A stretch of 64,000 bases of DNA from Terriglobia bacterium (GTDB lineage: Bacteria > Acidobacteriota > Terriglobia > Acidiferrales > UBA7541), in contig OY968796.1 of NCBI GenBank assembly GCA_963695545.1, positions 1,248,001 to 1,312,000 on the forward strand. Reading direction: 5' to 3'. The notes beneath the pieces were generated by a model that was not told where the DNA came from, did no database searches, and saw nothing but the letters and a program-made list of their open reading frames with translations. The translations under genes were made by a program, and so were the position numbers. Numbering within the stretch: position 1 is the stretch's first letter; each line of letters opens with the position of its first letter. Below, piece after piece: positions 62,138 to 64,000 of this stretch.

Positions 62138-62501
62138 AGGCCAACTAACCAATACTCTAAACAACTTACGCAACGACCGAGGCCGCCTAAATACCTGGAA
62201 ATACGCCTAAGACGAGGTTTCAACGGTACGGGGAGCGGTACGAGATTCTGACGCTCTGTTCTTGACGGAATCTGCATCATTATTTCCCACGTCCTCAGGA
62301 GGAACGCTTATCGAATTGGCGAATCACCGTCGCTATGTCTATAAAAGGATCTAGCGAGTTGGCATGCCTCTCAGTCCAGTCAACAACGCCGCCCATCGGA
62401 CTCACGCCGACACTGTTAACGGAACCTGTTTGCCATGCAAAGATCTTGCGGTTTTCACTATGGCGAATGTCGCGCGCTGAATCACCCGTAGCTTCTTTTG
62501 G

Positions 62502-62740
62502 TCATTTTTCAACTATCTCGATCGTGTTAGGCATCACTCCGGGGTCAATTCGAATCGCGATGATTCGCGACGACGAGATGACATACATGATCCAGTTCGA
62601 TGAACCGCCACCCACAGGAGTAACCACCATCGTCGTCCGGCCGTTTGAAGCCACAGCATAGGCCCCACTGAATTGCGCGCCGAAAACGATGCCATTATCT
62701 TCCTGTCCTTCCAAGCTGCCGGCGCCATTTGCCGCCCATA
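62502..62740 (-). pseudogene. C-terminal remnant of a secreted beta-rich protein, fused to cassette C
   Basis: NGAGSLEGQED..FSGAYAVASNGRTT..YVISSSRII..EK* is protein-like but has no native N-terminus. Confidence 0.5.
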
Positions 62741-62822
62741 CTTCTGGACATTCTGGGGAATCGTGATTCGGCGCGGCGTGGAGGGAGACGGAGGCGCGGG
62801 GCGAGATGCGTTGTTCGCAGCT

Positions 62823-62890
62823 CATGTTTTAGTATAGCATTGCGCTTACCAGACTGTTAATACGTAAGCGTATTTGCTGTATTCGAATAC
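62823..62890 (-). promoter_or_regulatory. Palindrome + sigma70 promoter + leaderless ATG cassette, copy C
   Basis: GTATTCGAATAC 62879-62890; TTAACA 62860-62855; 18 nt; TGC-TATACT 62836-62831; ATG 62825. Confidence 0.65.
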
Positions 62891-63121
62891 ATTGTGATGT
62901 AGGATTCGACGGTGCGGGGATTTGCGATGTCTTGCGCGATCGCACGCGAGGGAGAAGGGGCAGGAAACAGGGAACCACCCTTCTTCGCAAAAGATGGGCC
63001 ACCCCGGACTGCACGGGGCCCGGCCCGAGAGACGCGGTTCGTCACGTCGCTGTGAATTTCAGAAGTGTTTTCGGCGCCGGCGGAAATCAAAAGCGTCTCA
63101 ATGGGTGACCTATCCGCCTTT

Positions 63122-64000
63122 TCATGTGCCTACTGTTGCGATAAGCGCCAAGGCACCGGTGGCAGTATCAATACCGTAAATCGAGATGTCGTTCGAGACG
63201 GAATTTGTTACATAGGCGAACTTTCCGGATGGATGGACGGTTATCGAGCTAGGATTCTGCCCGGCGGCTATCGTTCCTTTGAGGGTCAGGGCCCCGGTGG
63301 TAACGTTGATGGCGTACATCGAGACGTCGCTCGATTTGAAATTCGTCACATAAGCGAACTTGCCCGTAGGATCCACAACGACCGCGTTAGGGCCTGATCC
63401 TGCAGGAACTGTTCCTATGGACGTTAAGGCCCCAGTCGCGGCGTTGATCGTGTACATCGAGACGTCGTTTGAGCTGGAATTCGCCACGTAGGCGAACTTG
63501 CCCGTAGGATCCACAACCACCGAGTTAGGGTCTGTTCCTGCCAGAACTGTTCCTATGGACGTTAGGGCCCCAGTATTGGCTTCGATCGTATACGCAGATA
63601 CATTCCCAACCGATCCGGGCGGATCGCTTTTGCTCGCCACATAAGCAAACCCACCCTTAGGATCCACGGTCACTGAAATGGCGCGGCCTCCTGCGGCGAT
63701 CGACCCAATGATGTCAAGGCCCCCGGTCGTGGAGTTGATGATGTACATCGAGATGCTGGTCGGAGCGAAACCGCCTTCATTCGCCACATAAGCAAACTTG
63801 CCCGATGGATCCACGGCTATGGAGAGAGGAGCTAATAATCCTGCACCTCCTGTGAATCCTATCGACGTCGATCCTGTGGACGTTAAGGCCCCAGTCGCGG
63901 CGTTGATCGTGTACATCGAGACGTCGCCACCAATTTCAAACAGCGCGGTATCCGCCACGTAGGCGAACTTGCCAAGAGGATCTACGGCCACGGAGCTGGC
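63122..64000 (-). CDS. Lactonase/YVTN-like beta-propeller repeat protein (5' end outside window)
   Basis: Repeated VDPxGKFAYVAN...VSMYTINAATGALT blades. Confidence 0.88.
   Translation of the reverse strand, partial: ASSVAVDPLGKFAYVADTALFEIGGDVSMYTINAATGALTSTGSTSIGFTGGAGLLAPLSIAVDPSGKFAYVANEGGFAPTSISMYIINSTTGGLDIIGSIAAGGRAISVTVDPKGGFAYVASKSDPPGSVGNVSAYTIEANTGALTSIGTVLAGTDPNSVVVDPTGKFAYVANSSSNDVSMYTINAATGALTSIGTVPAGSGPNAVVVDPTGKFAYVTNFKSSDVSMYAINVTTGALTLKGTIAAGQNPSSITVHPSGKFAYVTNSVSNDISIYGIDTATGALALIATVGT

Noticed and set aside
62093..62170. Functional tRNA-Val
   Set aside because: The D-arm and 5' acceptor strand are missing

Overview
High-GC bacterial chromosome segment. Gene content (GWxTD protein, TolB-propeller Ser/Thr kinases, short Jag) suggests Acidobacteriota; this is an inference. 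The core lies near the replication origin: rsmG-parS-parA-parB-bactofilin is convergent with rpmH-rnpA-yidD-yidC-jag, followed by ffh-rpsP-khpA-rimM-trmD. Other genes include purD/purE, pta, aguB/aguA, rnr, phhB-fabV, tRNA-Leu(CAG), a MacAB-like pair, a GWxTD gene with a predicted outer-membrane partner, a PDZ/GAF/PAS histidine kinase with a sigma54 activator, two toxin-antitoxin pairs, two tandem kinases with almost identical catalytic domains, and a tRNA-Val 3' fragment (att site) at the edge of a probable island near the right end. The least explained signal is non-coding. Three dispersed copies of a cassette (palindrome TATTCGAATA, sigma70 -35, TGn -10, ATG exactly 5 nt later) sit among REP-like hairpins. 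Two of them end in a homologous AT-rich motif array, and all three face the parS region. A highly structured ~200-nt candidate RNA lies at 51.8-52.0 kb. No CRISPR array, integrase or transposase was found. Product calls are from motif recognition by eye, not database searches.
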